From IMG/VR virus record IMGVR_UViG_3300034220_000029, positions 526-64,525 of that record: DNA of 64,000 nt, one strand, 5' to 3'. The notes beneath the pieces were generated by a model. That model was not told where the DNA came from. It ran no database searches and worked only from the letters and a program-made list of their open reading frames with translations. Positions 8,871 through 18,223 of the stretch are shown here, one piece after another. Origin of the DNA: a virus. Every line of letters starts with the position of its first letter. Within the stretch, counting starts at the first letter, position 1. The position numbers and the translations under genes are program-made.

Positions 8871-9982
8871 GTCGCCGCCTCTGGCGTTGAGTACAGCGCC
8901 TGGACCGCTGCACGTTGCTTGGGGTCGACAAGCATCTCCAGCAACATCTCGATGACGTTGACGGAGCGGATGTCCTCAATCGATTCGGCAAGTTCGTCGA
9001 CGCCTTCAAGCTTCTCCGCCTGCACCGCGTTGGTGATGACGAATGACTGGCTGCGCTGGCGGAAGGCGGCGATCGCTTTGATGGCGGCAGCGGACTCGGC
9101 GCTGTTGGCGGTGCCTTCGACGCGGATGAAGCCGCGGCCTTCCTCTTCAGTGGCGCCGAGATCGCGCCAATCGATCTTCTCGAACCAGCCGTCGGCAGCG
9201 TCAGGCCTCCACGTTTCGATGAACTCGAGCTTTTCAGTCTCGGGGTCATTGGTGTGGTTGATCACCAGCGCGCGCTTCGTGCCGTTCTTCTGGCCGTCGC
9301 CGTGCGAAAGGCAGTCAGCGATCGAGGTGGGGAACTGGTTGCCCACGATCACGACTGCGCCGCCCAGCACCTCGCGGCCCTGGTGCTCGTGGCCGAAGAT
9401 CATGGTGATGCCCTTGGCCTTCAGGGCCTTGGCCTGGTCCCGCGAGAGGTTCAACGAGTGGTCAGATGCGCAGGCAAAGATGTTGTCGAAATTGCAATGC
9501 AGCAGCAGGTACTTCGTGCTCTCGGGGACCCTGCCAAGCTCGTACTCGAAGAGGTCCTGGTTGGCGACGTGCGGCAGCACGTAGGTCTCAGCGTCCAGAG
9601 CCTGCGCGCCTGAGATCAGCTGGAAGCGCCCGGGGTGCTTCATGGCCAGGATCATTCCGATGAAGGCGACGGTGCCAAGGCGGGAGGAGTCCTTGGACAA
9701 GTCGTGATTGCCCAGCGCCCAAACCAGCTCGATGCCGGGGTTGGCCATCAGGAAGTTGTCGGTGTCTTCATAGACCCGCAGGGCGTGGAGCAGGGGAATG
9801 TCATAGACGTCGGTCAGGTCGCCGTTGACCACCACACGCTCGCAGCCGTTCTGCGGCGCGAGGGCCAGCAGCTTGGCATGCTGTTCGTGGCCCCAGTCGC
9901 GCAACGCTGCTGCCGAGGAGATGGTCGTTCCGCCTGTCCGCTGCACACCCAGGTGCAGGTCATTGATCACAAGTGTTTTCAC
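8867..9982 (-). CDS. sbcD: SbcD/Mre11-like metallophosphoesterase nuclease
   Basis: INDLHLG, NGDLTD, LGNHD, FGHEH motifs; GTG start. Confidence 0.9.
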   Translation of the reverse strand: MKTLVINDLHLGVQRTGGTTISSAAALRDWGHEQHAKLLALAPQNGCERVVVNGDLTDVYDIPLLHALRVYEDTDNFLMANPGIELVWALGNHDLSKDSSRLGTVAFIGMILAMKHPGRFQLISGAQALDAETYVLPHVANQDLFEYELGRVPESTKYLLLHCNFDNIFACASDHSLNLSRDQAKALKAKGITMIFGHEHQGREVLGGAVVIVGNQFPTSIADCLSHGDGQKNGTKRALVINHTNDPETEKLEFIETWRPDAADGWFEKIDWRDLGATEEEGRGFIRVEGTANSAESAAAIKAIAAFRQRSQSFVITNAVQAEKLEGVDELAESIEDIRSVNVIEMLLEMLVDPKQRAAVQALYSTPEAAT

Positions 9983-10220
9983 GTTTTTTCCTTTGTTCAA
10001 TTCCGCGTTTGGTGGCCTCGGAGATGGCCTTTCGTTTCGCCTCGCCCTCATCCGCAGCAAGCTTCACCAGCTCTGCCCGGGGGCGTTTGCGCGTCTCTTG
10101 GCAGGGGGTGCACTGCATCCGCTTGCTGCCGGTGGCTGGGTGGAGCACCACCTTGAAGCCCTCGTCAGTTTTGAAGCAGCGGCAGTAGGGGCAGAAGCGC
10201 TCCTTGACCGCCAGCGTCAT
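9960..10220 (-). CDS. Small zinc-finger protein
   Basis: CPYC...CTPC followed by basic helix. Confidence 0.7.
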   Translation of the reverse strand: MTLAVKERFCPYCRCFKTDEGFKVVLHPATGSKRMQCTPCQETRKRPRAELVKLAADEGEAKRKAISEATKRGIEQRKKRENTCDQ

Positions 10221-10714
10221 CGGATCACCTGCCCGGTGGCGGCGGTTAGGGCTGCAAGGGCGGTGGCGTGCAGCGGGACCTTGCTCAAGTCCCACGAGCC
10301 CCCGACAGCGTTGTCGGCAAGCAGGAGGGCAAGGGGTAGGCCACGCCACAGGTTCTCCGTGGAGTGGTAGACCAGCACGCAGCAGACGCCGCCGCAGTTG
10401 GCACGCTTGCGGAGCCGGGCCAGCTGTGTCACACGCTTGCGCTCAAGGCGGAAGGCATGCTTCGTTTCTTTGACCTCGATCAAGCCGTGGAAGGTTAGGG
10501 TCGTGTCCCCGCGGGGCCCACAGTCCTCGACCTTGCAGAAGAACTCGAAGTCCGCCGCTGCAGCCTTGATGGTGCGGCCGGCAGCCTTGGAGTCGACCAT
10601 CCGGTTGAACTCGTGGTGCGGGTGCTGCGCCCAGTCGGTGAGCGCCCTCTGGGTGGCCTTCTCGGCGACCTCTCCGCGATCAGCGAAGACGTTGATCTTT
10701 TTGAAGTGGGTCAT
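10217..10714 (-). CDS. RecU-like Holliday junction resolvase (PD-(D/E)xK nuclease)
   Basis: RGEVAE, ADFEF, LIEVKETK, GGVCCVLV. Confidence 0.75.
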   Translation of the reverse strand: MTHFKKINVFADRGEVAEKATQRALTDWAQHPHHEFNRMVDSKAAGRTIKAAAADFEFFCKVEDCGPRGDTTLTFHGLIEVKETKHAFRLERKRVTQLARLRKRANCGGVCCVLVYHSTENLWRGLPLALLLADNAVGGSWDLSKVPLHATALAALTAATGQVIR

Positions 10715-11004
10715 GCCGGTGCCCCCTGACGGGAGTTGCCGCGGCCTGGCCCAGAGGGTTTGCAGGCTAGCGCTGCACCGATGTCGCGGTCCTTCTGGGC
10801 TGCACGGGTGCAACCGCAGGAACGGCTCTGGCCGCCCACCAGGTAGTCATGGCGGATGGCGCGGGTTGTGCCGCAGTCGCACTGACAGCGCCAGCTCTTT
10901 TTGCTGGCGCCAGGCGCGGCGGAGATGATTGTGAGTTTGCCTAGCTTTACGCCGGGGGCAGGGCGCGGCGGAACGTACGCCGGCCGCGAGAGCTTGTCGC
11001 TCAT
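10711..11004 (-). CDS. Small Cys-rich zinc-binding protein
   Basis: WRCQCDCG...L.GG.SRSCGC motif common in phage HNH/AP2-associated domains. Confidence 0.75.
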   Translation of the reverse strand: MSDKLSRPAYVPPRPAPGVKLGKLTIISAAPGASKKSWRCQCDCGTTRAIRHDYLVGGQSRSCGCTRAAQKDRDIGAALACKPSGPGRGNSRQGAPA

Positions 11005-11043
11005 GTGGCACCACTTTCTTATTATTTTTATTGGGCGCGGAAA

Positions 11044-11080
11044 CCGACAACGCTTCGCTCGTTGGCTTAGTCGTTGTCGG
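11044..11080. repeat. Inverted pair of the CCGACAACG motif, 19-nt spacer
   Basis: CCGACAACG 11044-11052 and CGTTGTCGG 11072-11080, intergenic just after the polA stop. Confidence 0.85.
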
Positions 11081-11088
11081 GATTGAAA

Positions 11089-14000
11089 CTATACCTCAAA
11101 AGCCTTACTGACGGCAGCGGCAATCACTTCGCTGTCAACAGTTTCACCACACTCGATCTGCTGGTGGAAGTCACGCCCCAGCGAGATCGAGCTGATGATC
11201 GGGATCACCTTGCCGCCATACGGCTGCGTCATGCACCCGTGGACGATCTTGATGACTTCGTAGGCATCGTCGCGGTGCACGGAGAACACCACCTCGTCGT
11301 GGACCGGCGCATAGAACCGGGCACGGAACCTGCCGGTGAACACGCCTGAGCGCCACATTGAAGCCATCGCCAGCTTGGTCTGCTCAGCGCCGGAGCCTTG
11401 AATCTTGAAGTTCGGGCCCTGCCGGCCGGCCTTGGAAGCCTCCCAGCGGTTGTCCGACATCAAGGTTTCACGCAGGTGGCGCCGCGCTCCCATGCGGGTC
11501 GTGGCGTAGCCGTCACGCTCGACCTGAGAGCGCACGTTGTCCTTCCAGATCATGATGCCCGGCATGGCCAAGTCCTTCGCGTCGAGGAAGGCCTGCGCGG
11601 TCTCCTCGTCGGACAGCAGCTCCTCGGCGATCTTCGGGGCCATCGCGTCGTACTGGGATGCGAAGTTCACGGTCTTGGCGTCGCCGCGCAGGTCCTTGGC
11701 TTTCTTCGCTTTGACCGGGTCGCTGCCCTTGAGCATGGCGATGAACGGGTCGTACTCGATGGCCTCGCCCCACAGCAGCAGCGACGCAGCCACAGCTGTC
11801 AGGCTGTGCGGGTCCTTCAGGTTGTCGCCAACGTAGCAGGCTGTCAGAGCCTCGTCGCCTGACCACTCAGCCATGTCGCGCAGCTCCTGACCGGAGAAGT
11901 CGAGTGAACCCACGAGAGCGTCTGCCATGTGCGGCTGGACCACGCCGCGGAACTCGACGCCTTCTCCAAGCTTCGGCATCTGCTGGATGTTGGGGTCGCT
12001 AGCGCTGTAGCGCAGCGTCACAGCCTGGCACTGGTTCAGGGAAGGGTGGATGTACCCGTCACGCCAGTGCGGCAGCGCTTTGTACGGCCGGTAGAACAGG
12101 TTGCGGCGGGTCATCACCGTTCGCACCGTCTGGTAGGCCTTGAGCACTGCCCGCTGCTCGTCGGTGACGTTGTCCTTCTTCAGAGCCCACTCGACAGCCG
12201 TGTCGTCGGTCGAGGCCTTCGAGATCAGCGCCTCCATCTCCTCAGCTGAGAACTCGACTTCCTTACCATCCTTCTCCCGCCGCATCTTCTTGAAGGCGTT
12301 GCGGAAGACCTCGATCTCGCGCTGTTTGTCGGTCAGCTTGTTGAAGATGCGAGGCTTGATCTTGATGACGTGGTAGAACAGATTCTGCATCTGCTTCGGG
12401 CTGCCGAAGTTGATCTTCGGGTCGCCCGTGAAGTTGTCCTTCATGAGCTTGTTCAGCGCGTGCACGTTGCCGTCCTCGATGACCCTGGCCAGGATGGTGG
12501 CCATGTCGCTGTCGGGGAACTGCTCGCACAGATCGAAGGCCATGCCGTCGAGCTTGCGCTTCTTCGTGGTGAACTGCACCTCGTCGGTGTCGACCAGCAT
12601 CGCTGCGGCTTCCTTGACGGCTGCCGGCGACATCTCGGTGAACTCCGGGCAGACCGTGCCGGTCCAGCCGTGGCCCAGCAGGTAGGTCTTGAGCGTCGCC
12701 CAGGCCGCCTCGTAGGCCACTTCGTCACGCGCCTCCATGTTGCGCAGGTTTTCCAGCGAGACCGGGATGCCCTGCACGTAGGCAAGGCTTGTCAGGTACT
12801 CGGGCAGCTGCTCGACCTCCAGGTAGACGCCCCACGTCTGCTCCAGCTCCATGACAAGGCGGTAGTGCGTGTGCAGCGCCGCAGTGCAGATGGTGTCGTC
12901 GCAGCCGTAGTCGAAGACTTCGCGGCCGGTCAGCTCGTTCATCTTGTACTGGCGTCGCTCCCACTCCTGCACCACAGGGGCGACGAGCAGCACGTCCTCC
13001 GCCTCCTCGCCATCCCGCGCCGGGCTTGGCCCCCACACTGCCGCCACGATCTCCTTCTCGAAGGTCTTGAGCACCTCACCACCCTTGAGGCTGCCGACAG
13101 GGCCTTCCTTGCAGGTCGTCTGCTCGTAGGTGGCCTGCGCGTAGTCAAGGTGCCGCAGGCTGCGGTCCTTGAGTCCCTTGGGGTAGTTCTCGTTGGTGTA
13201 CGAGGCACCGATCTTCGTGTCGACCGCGTTCGGCACCATGCCGTGCCAGCCGTTGTCTGCCCACTTGCCGCCCCAGGTGCGGTACAGCACGGAAAATTCA
13301 AACTGGCGATTCTGGATCACCGTGTGAATCTTTTGGGGGATCAACTCGGCCATCTGACGGCACTGGTCGACCGTGATGTTGTCGGTGTCCTTGTGGTCAA
13401 CCGGCATGTAGATCGTGTGCTGGCTGTTGTCGCCGAAGGTCAGGGACATGCCGGTCAGCTCGTGGCCAAGCACGTCGATGCGCGCCCGGTCGTTCTCGGT
13501 GAGCGACTTCAAGCGGCTGATCCACTCGTCCGATTCCTCGCTGCTGGAGGTCTCGATGTCGAGCGCGGCGAACGGGCTGAGTGACATCTGGGCTTTGACC
13601 TGGCCGTAGGCCTTGTCATAGTTCGCGGCCGTCACCAGCGTCTTAGTGCCGTAGAAACGCCGCAACTCAGGCACGCGCTGCTCGTCGGCCAGCTCTGACC
13701 ACTGCTTGACCATCCCGGGGATGAGCTCAAGTGGGCGCTTCTTCGTGTTGACCTCGTTGATCAGCAGGCTCGCAACGCGCCAGCTGGTGGCCACACCTTG
13801 CTTGTCGTCGATGAGCTTCTGCAGGTGCGGGAAGTCAGCGATGTCTTCCTTCAAGCGGTCCAGCTGGTCGTTCTGAATCAGGTCGGTCAGCATGTCCAGG
13901 CCGTCGAGGCCGAAGATGCGAACCAGGTCGACGAACTTCGTGTCGCCGAAGCCCTTGGCTCCAGGAATCTTGTCCCCCGGGTCCCCGACAAGGGCCTTGT

Positions 14001-14541
14001 ACAGGGTGATGTATTTGTGCGGGAAGCCGCCGAACGGGTTCTTGTTGAGCTCGCCAAGGCGCCAGACGCTGGTGTTCTCGTCGACCAGAACGGAGAGGTC
14101 GCCGTCAACTGTGGCCACGACGTTCTTCTCGTTGCGCAGATTCTTGCAGAGGTAGCCGATCACGTCGTCAGCTTCAAGGCCTTCCTGCTGCGCGATGTGC
14201 ACGCCGAGATCGCGCATCATCTGTGTGGCACGCTCGCGGGCGATGTTCAGCTGCTCGCTGACCGCGTCACACTTGTCGCGGCCAACCTTGTAGGTGGGGA
14301 GGAACGAACGGCGGCGGAGCTTGGCGTTGCGCCCGTCCCAGACCAGAATGGCCTGGCGGGGGGCAAGGTCGAACTCCTTCAGGTGGTCGCTGAACTTCTC
14401 GAAGAAGCCGTCGATGCCGTACTGGGCGCCGTTGACCTGCACCGGTTTGCCGTCCACCTGAATGACGCGGCCTTCGTCATGGTCGACCCCGCGCAGCAGG
14501 GCCTGGTTCATCCAGCTGTTGCCGTCGATTATGAGACGCAT
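11089..14541 (-). CDS. polA: Family A DNA polymerase with 5'-3' and 3'-5' exonuclease domains
   Basis: LIIDGNS, EADDVIG, GDPGDKIPG (5'-3' exo); ALDIETS (ExoI); motifs A DFSGQELR, B AKTVNF, C VHDEV. Confidence 0.95.
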   Translation of the reverse strand: MRLIIDGNSWMNQALLRGVDHDEGRVIQVDGKPVQVNGAQYGIDGFFEKFSDHLKEFDLAPRQAILVWDGRNAKLRRRSFLPTYKVGRDKCDAVSEQLNIARERATQMMRDLGVHIAQQEGLEADDVIGYLCKNLRNEKNVVATVDGDLSVLVDENTSVWRLGELNKNPFGGFPHKYITLYKALVGDPGDKIPGAKGFGDTKFVDLVRIFGLDGLDMLTDLIQNDQLDRLKEDIADFPHLQKLIDDKQGVATSWRVASLLINEVNTKKRPLELIPGMVKQWSELADEQRVPELRRFYGTKTLVTAANYDKAYGQVKAQMSLSPFAALDIETSSSEESDEWISRLKSLTENDRARIDVLGHELTGMSLTFGDNSQHTIYMPVDHKDTDNITVDQCRQMAELIPQKIHTVIQNRQFEFSVLYRTWGGKWADNGWHGMVPNAVDTKIGASYTNENYPKGLKDRSLRHLDYAQATYEQTTCKEGPVGSLKGGEVLKTFEKEIVAAVWGPSPARDGEEAEDVLLVAPVVQEWERRQYKMNELTGREVFDYGCDDTICTAALHTHYRLVMELEQTWGVYLEVEQLPEYLTSLAYVQGIPVSLENLRNMEARDEVAYEAAWATLKTYLLGHGWTGTVCPEFTEMSPAAVKEAAAMLVDTDEVQFTTKKRKLDGMAFDLCEQFPDSDMATILARVIEDGNVHALNKLMKDNFTGDPKINFGSPKQMQNLFYHVIKIKPRIFNKLTDKQREIEVFRNAFKKMRREKDGKEVEFSAEEMEALISKASTDDTAVEWALKKDNVTDEQRAVLKAYQTVRTVMTRRNLFYRPYKALPHWRDGYIHPSLNQCQAVTLRYSASDPNIQQMPKLGEGVEFRGVVQPHMADALVGSLDFSGQELRDMAEWSGDEALTACYVGDNLKDPHSLTAVAASLLLWGEAIEYDPFIAMLKGSDPVKAKKAKDLRGDAKTVNFASQYDAMAPKIAEELLSDEETAQAFLDAKDLAMPGIMIWKDNVRSQVERDGYATTRMGARRHLRETLMSDNRWEASKAGRQGPNFKIQGSGAEQTKLAMASMWRSGVFTGRFRARFYAPVHDEVVFSVHRDDAYEVIKIVHGCMTQPYGGKVIPIISSISLGRDFHQQIECGETVDSEVIAAAVSKAFEV

Positions 14542-14888
14542 GAGTTGGCTTTCGATTTGTTCCTGACGTCAGAGCCGTCGAGGAAAACACGACGCGTGGT
14601 CGTGTTTGGGATGAATCTTGGTTCGAGCCACTCGGGGTAGACCCCGGCGGCCGGCAGCTCCACAACGACGAGTGCGCTGATCTGGTAGCTGGGTGGCTTG
14701 GTGCTTTTGAGCTCAGCCACGATCCCCGTGCGCAGCTGCTCAGTGAGCCAGCCAAACACGAAGTGCTTTGAAATTTTGGCGGAGGCCACGCAGGCGATGA
14801 GGCCTGCGCGGGTCTTCGGTGTACGAAGGAGGCCGTTCAGTGTGGCCTCCGCTTTGCGCACCTGGGCGCGGCGCGACTCCGGCTTCAT
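14529..14888 (-). CDS. Hypothetical protein
   Basis: ATG at 14888 overlaps upstream stop; SD GAGG. Confidence 0.7.
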   Translation of the reverse strand: MKPESRRAQVRKAEATLNGLLRTPKTRAGLIACVASAKISKHFVFGWLTEQLRTGIVAELKSTKPPSYQISALVVVELPAAGVYPEWLEPRFIPNTTTRRVFLDGSDVRNKSKANSCVS

Positions 14889-15130
14889 CGGTGAAACCTC
14901 TTTGTCTTTTCGGAATCGCCCTGGCACCCGACGCAGCGAGTCTTCCCCAGCGCCAGACGGAGCGGGGGAATATCGACGCCGCAGTCGACGCACTCGGTGA
15001 TTGGCCAAGTCCCGTCTGCGGCTTGGACCTGCTCAGGCTTGGCCTTCTCGCGGGTGTTGGCGATGTACGCATCAGTGAGCTTCTGGGTCAGCTCGCTGGC
15101 GACGTCGAGGTCGTCTGCGACCGCGGCCAT
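14885..15130 (-). CDS. TraR/DksA C4-type zinc-finger protein
   Basis: DDLDVASE N-terminus; CVDCG..IP..RL......RCVGCQ. Confidence 0.9.
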   Translation of the reverse strand: MAAVADDLDVASELTQKLTDAYIANTREKAKPEQVQAADGTWPITECVDCGVDIPPLRLALGKTRCVGCQGDSEKTKRFHR

Positions 15131-15678
15131 CAGTGAACCGCCTCGTGGAACGTCTCAGCCATGCTGCGGCCCGCGTGGATCAGGTCTTCCATCGTGTGGT
15201 CGTTCCGCACAAAGATAGAGATGCGGTTGATGGAGACGCCGTTTTCGGATTCGTGCTGGGCGGCAGCTCCGGTGAGGCCGACGTTGTCGGGGCGCTCGAT
15301 GCGGACGATGATGCCGCCCAAGGCGATCACTGCGTCGGCTTCGTTGTCATACCGGCAGTCGGTGATGACGCTGTCCGGCCGGCCGTCGGCGATCCAGCGG
15401 CGCAGTGCGCGGTTCACCCAGGTCTCTTTGCCGAGCGTGTTGCGGATGCCGCTGCCGACTTCCTGCAGAGCCATGCGGCGGGTCTTGCCCAAGGCTTCGC
15501 TGTACTGCTCCTTGCCCAGGTTGTCGTGGTACAGGGCAGGGTCCTCGTCAGCGATCATCGCTGTGACATCCTTCAGTGCGTCGGCGAACGCGAGGCGGAT
15601 GAAGCCTTTTTCGATCAAGCCTTTGGCAAAAGTATCTTTGCCGCTATGGGCGAGGCCCGTGATTGCGATCAATGTCAT
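15130..15678 (-). CDS. Deoxynucleoside monophosphate kinase
   Basis: GLAHSGKDT P-loop, AFADALK, RMALQEVG, ITDCRYDNE, HESE. Confidence 0.9.
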   Translation of the reverse strand: MTLIAITGLAHSGKDTFAKGLIEKGFIRLAFADALKDVTAMIADEDPALYHDNLGKEQYSEALGKTRRMALQEVGSGIRNTLGKETWVNRALRRWIADGRPDSVITDCRYDNEADAVIALGGIIVRIERPDNVGLTGAAAQHESENGVSINRISIFVRNDHTMEDLIHAGRSMAETFHEAVH

Positions 15679-15910
15679 GGCTGTGCTTCTTATTATTTTT
15701 ATGGTCAAGCCAGTTGAAGAACCTTCTCCATGCGTAGGAGCGGACGATGCTGATGACGGTGAAAACCATCACTACGGTGAAGTTTTGTTTTGTGTTGGAC
15801 TGAATCTCCAGGAAAGGCGTGATGATGTAAGCCCAGGTCAGCATCGCGAGGATGAAGCCTGAGGCGGTGTTAAAAAGCTGCTCAATTAACGAGCGGGTTC
15901 GTGTCTGCAT
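15644..15910 (-). CDS. Small 2-TM membrane protein
   Basis: MQTRTRSLIE...SIVRSYAWRRFFN pattern recalled from phage membrane hypotheticals. Confidence 0.75.
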   Translation of the reverse strand: MQTRTRSLIEQLFNTASGFILAMLTWAYIITPFLEIQSNTKQNFTVVMVFTVISIVRSYAWRRFFNWLDHKNNKKHSHDIDRNHGPRP

Positions 15911-16872
15911 CGCAGGTCACCTTCCTTCAGATCGAGAAACTCGTGGGCCTTCTGGATCAGCGCGGTGTTTAGCCGGCGGTTGCTGTCCTTCCATGCAGGC
16001 GCCAGCAGATCGGAGAAGTCGGCACCTGACATCAGGATCGGCACCGCAACGCGATACAGGTCCATCAGCAAGGCTTGTTCGTCGAGGAGCTCACGGCATG
16101 CCGCGATTGCCCCGACAACGTCTGCAGTAGTGCCCACAACCTTGCTCTTGCTACGCTTTTTGCGCGGCACGAACCCGACGTGAATCGGTTTGATCGTGGG
16201 GATGGCTTCAGCGCTTTCCGTGCGGATCGCGCTGTTGATTGCCCAGAGCACGGCCGGCGAGAGGTTCTCGCCAGCCACAGCCTTGGCAAGTGGATGATTC
16301 GTGATCAGCAGCGGCACGCGCAGCCCGTCCATGCTGGCGTCGTGCGCCAGATCGGGGGCAACCCTCACGCGCTGCATGAAGTTCGACCAGCAGCCGTCTG
16401 GCGCGGCCGACATGCGGCAGTCACCAAGGTCCAGGCTGACCGACGTCTCGTAGTACACAGCGGGGGTACGTGTCATCGACGATGCAATGGCGACAAGCTT
16501 CGCGGCGGGGGTCCACCAGTCGCCGTCAGCGCAGCGCGGGCCAAAGAACGTGTCAGCCGCGGCGCCGGCATAGACGCGCCTTGCGACGCGGTCAGGAACG
16601 GGCAGACGGCCAAGCGGCCGGTCCACGTACTCTTCGTAGATCATGACGACCTCGTCCCGATCCACCCGGGGGCGGGGGACGCACCAGTCAGCGGCAAAGA
16701 TGCCGTTGCAGTGGTCGAAGATTGTGAAGCCCGGCAGCATGACTGGTTTCGCATCTTTGGGTTCGTCGAGCATGCGCGCCTGAACTGTGTAAGTGAGCCC
16801 CAGTTCACCCAGGGCCTTCGCAACAATGTTCAGGGCGCGCCGCCCGTCGACCCAATTAGGCGCCGGAAGCAC
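15886..16872 (-). CDS. Hypothetical protein (328 aa)
   Basis: Long ORF filling the gap in the operon; no motif recognised. Confidence 0.7.
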   Translation of the reverse strand: MLPAPNWVDGRRALNIVAKALGELGLTYTVQARMLDEPKDAKPVMLPGFTIFDHCNGIFAADWCVPRPRVDRDEVVMIYEEYVDRPLGRLPVPDRVARRVYAGAAADTFFGPRCADGDWWTPAAKLVAIASSMTRTPAVYYETSVSLDLGDCRMSAAPDGCWSNFMQRVRVAPDLAHDASMDGLRVPLLITNHPLAKAVAGENLSPAVLWAINSAIRTESAEAIPTIKPIHVGFVPRKKRSKSKVVGTTADVVGAIAACRELLDEQALLMDLYRVAVPILMSGADFSDLLAPAWKDSNRRLNTALIQKAHEFLDLKEGDLRCRHEPAR

Positions 16873-17470
16873 TTTCCAGCACAGCGCGCTCAGCCACCAG
16901 GTCGCGGTTGATCGCGCGATCCAGCGTGAACTGCATGCCGTTGTAGCGCTCGAGCAGCTTCTCCACGTTGACCCGCTCCAGCTTGGTCGTGTTGGTCGTC
17001 GTGTTGGTGTCTTCGAGGCTGGTCAGCACCACGAACAGCGCCTTGCACAGGTCGCCGGTCAGGTCCGGGGGGACCTTGCCGTAGCCGGCCCAACGCTTGG
17101 CGCTGTCCAGCAGTTCGTTGCACAGCTTGTCCACGTAGGTGGACATCGTGCCGACGTGCGCTTCCATGTGGCGCTCGATGTACTCGTCGATCTCTTCGAC
17201 GGTGACATGGTCTTTGCCGGTGAAGTCGTTGATGACTTGGCCAAGCGCCTGGGTGTAGAACGTGAGGTCGCCACCTTCTTCGATGGCGTTGACTTTGTCA
17301 GGGGCCTGACGAAGTTCGTAAATCTCGGTGACGATGCCGAGGACCGCGTGAGCGAAGTCCTTGGCGGGGTCACCAGATCGGTTGAAAAGGGAACGGACGA
17401 AGCCGTCATAGCCGACGGTGTTGAACACCTCGTCAGCCGTCATGCGTGCAGGGGTTTTGTTATCGCTCAT
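16856..17470 (-). CDS. MazG-like nucleotide pyrophosphohydrolase
   Basis: HAVLGIVTEIYE, EEGGDLTFY, ELLDSAKRWAGYGK, NVEKLLERY. Confidence 0.8.
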   Translation of the reverse strand: MSDNKTPARMTADEVFNTVGYDGFVRSLFNRSGDPAKDFAHAVLGIVTEIYELRQAPDKVNAIEEGGDLTFYTQALGQVINDFTGKDHVTVEEIDEYIERHMEAHVGTMSTYVDKLCNELLDSAKRWAGYGKVPPDLTGDLCKALFVVLTSLEDTNTTTNTTKLERVNVEKLLERYNGMQFTLDRAINRDLVAERAVLESASGA

Positions 17471-18183
17471 TTTTTCTTTTTATTATCGAGGGCGAGTTGA
17501 ACAGTGTATGCCAGGTCGTAGTCAAGGTCCATGTTTCCTTGCATCCAGCGGAAGTACGATGAGGGCACATCGGCGAACGCGTCGCCCTTGTGTTTGCCCA
17601 TCGGCATCTTCGCCATCTCGAACGGCGGGGCCGAGGCCTGAGCCAGCTCACGCAGGGTCATGCCCGTGCGCTCGCAGAGATGTTTGGTCAAGTGAAACGC
17701 GGTCATCACGTCTGCCATCACCCTGTGCGCACCAGTGGAGCGCGGCAGGTTCAAGGCGTAGATCATGGTTGACAACTGGTGGTTGCCGGACTCTGGGTAG
17801 AGTCGTCGTACCCAACGCAGCGTGCATAGCTCCTGCACGATGTTGGGCATGTAAGGCTTCAGGAACCGATGGTCGAATGCGATGCGGTGCCCAATGAGCA
17901 CTACAGGGTCTTCGATCTTCGAGCCGAAGCAGCTTGGGTCGTCGAGGCCGAAAAATTCCTCGATGGTCGGTGAGTTCTCGACGTCCGCGTTGACGAGGTG
18001 GTGTACACCTGACGACTCCGGCGAGATGAATCGCTCAGGGTCGATCAGGCTTTCCACTTCCCGGATCACGTTGAAGTGCTCGTCGATCTCCAGCCAGCCC
18101 ACCTCAACAACTTTGTCGTCTTCTTCGACTCCAGTTGTCTCAGTGTCACAGACCAAATATCTGACGTTGTCGGGGAGGCTCAT
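17467..18183 (-). CDS. DnaQ/ExoX-like DEDDh 3'-5' exonuclease
   Basis: CDTETTG, GHRIAFD, HRVMADV; C-terminal MPMGKHKG domain. Confidence 0.9.
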   Translation of the reverse strand: MSLPDNVRYLVCDTETTGVEEDDKVVEVGWLEIDEHFNVIREVESLIDPERFISPESSGVHHLVNADVENSPTIEEFFGLDDPSCFGSKIEDPVVLIGHRIAFDHRFLKPYMPNIVQELCTLRWVRRLYPESGNHQLSTMIYALNLPRSTGAHRVMADVMTAFHLTKHLCERTGMTLRELAQASAPPFEMAKMPMGKHKGDAFADVPSSYFRWMQGNMDLDYDLAYTVQLALDNKKKK

Positions 18184-18194
18184 ATTGAGTTTTC

Positions 18195-18221
18195 AAAAGG
18201 AGCCCCGAAGGGCCCCTTTTT
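18195..18221 (-). terminator. Rho-independent terminator, possibly bidirectional
   Basis: AAAAGGGGCCC-TTCG-GGGCTCCTTTT on minus strand. Confidence 0.8.
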
Positions 18222-18223
18222 AC

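Noticed and set aside
12370-13584. Long opposite-strand ORFs (also 5080-5988, 17882-19093, 25218-26615, 31210-32787, 53259-54977, 58118-59902, 62601-63773 and others)
   Set aside because: Antisense shadows of GC-rich genes with clear motifs; no RBS and implausible composition.
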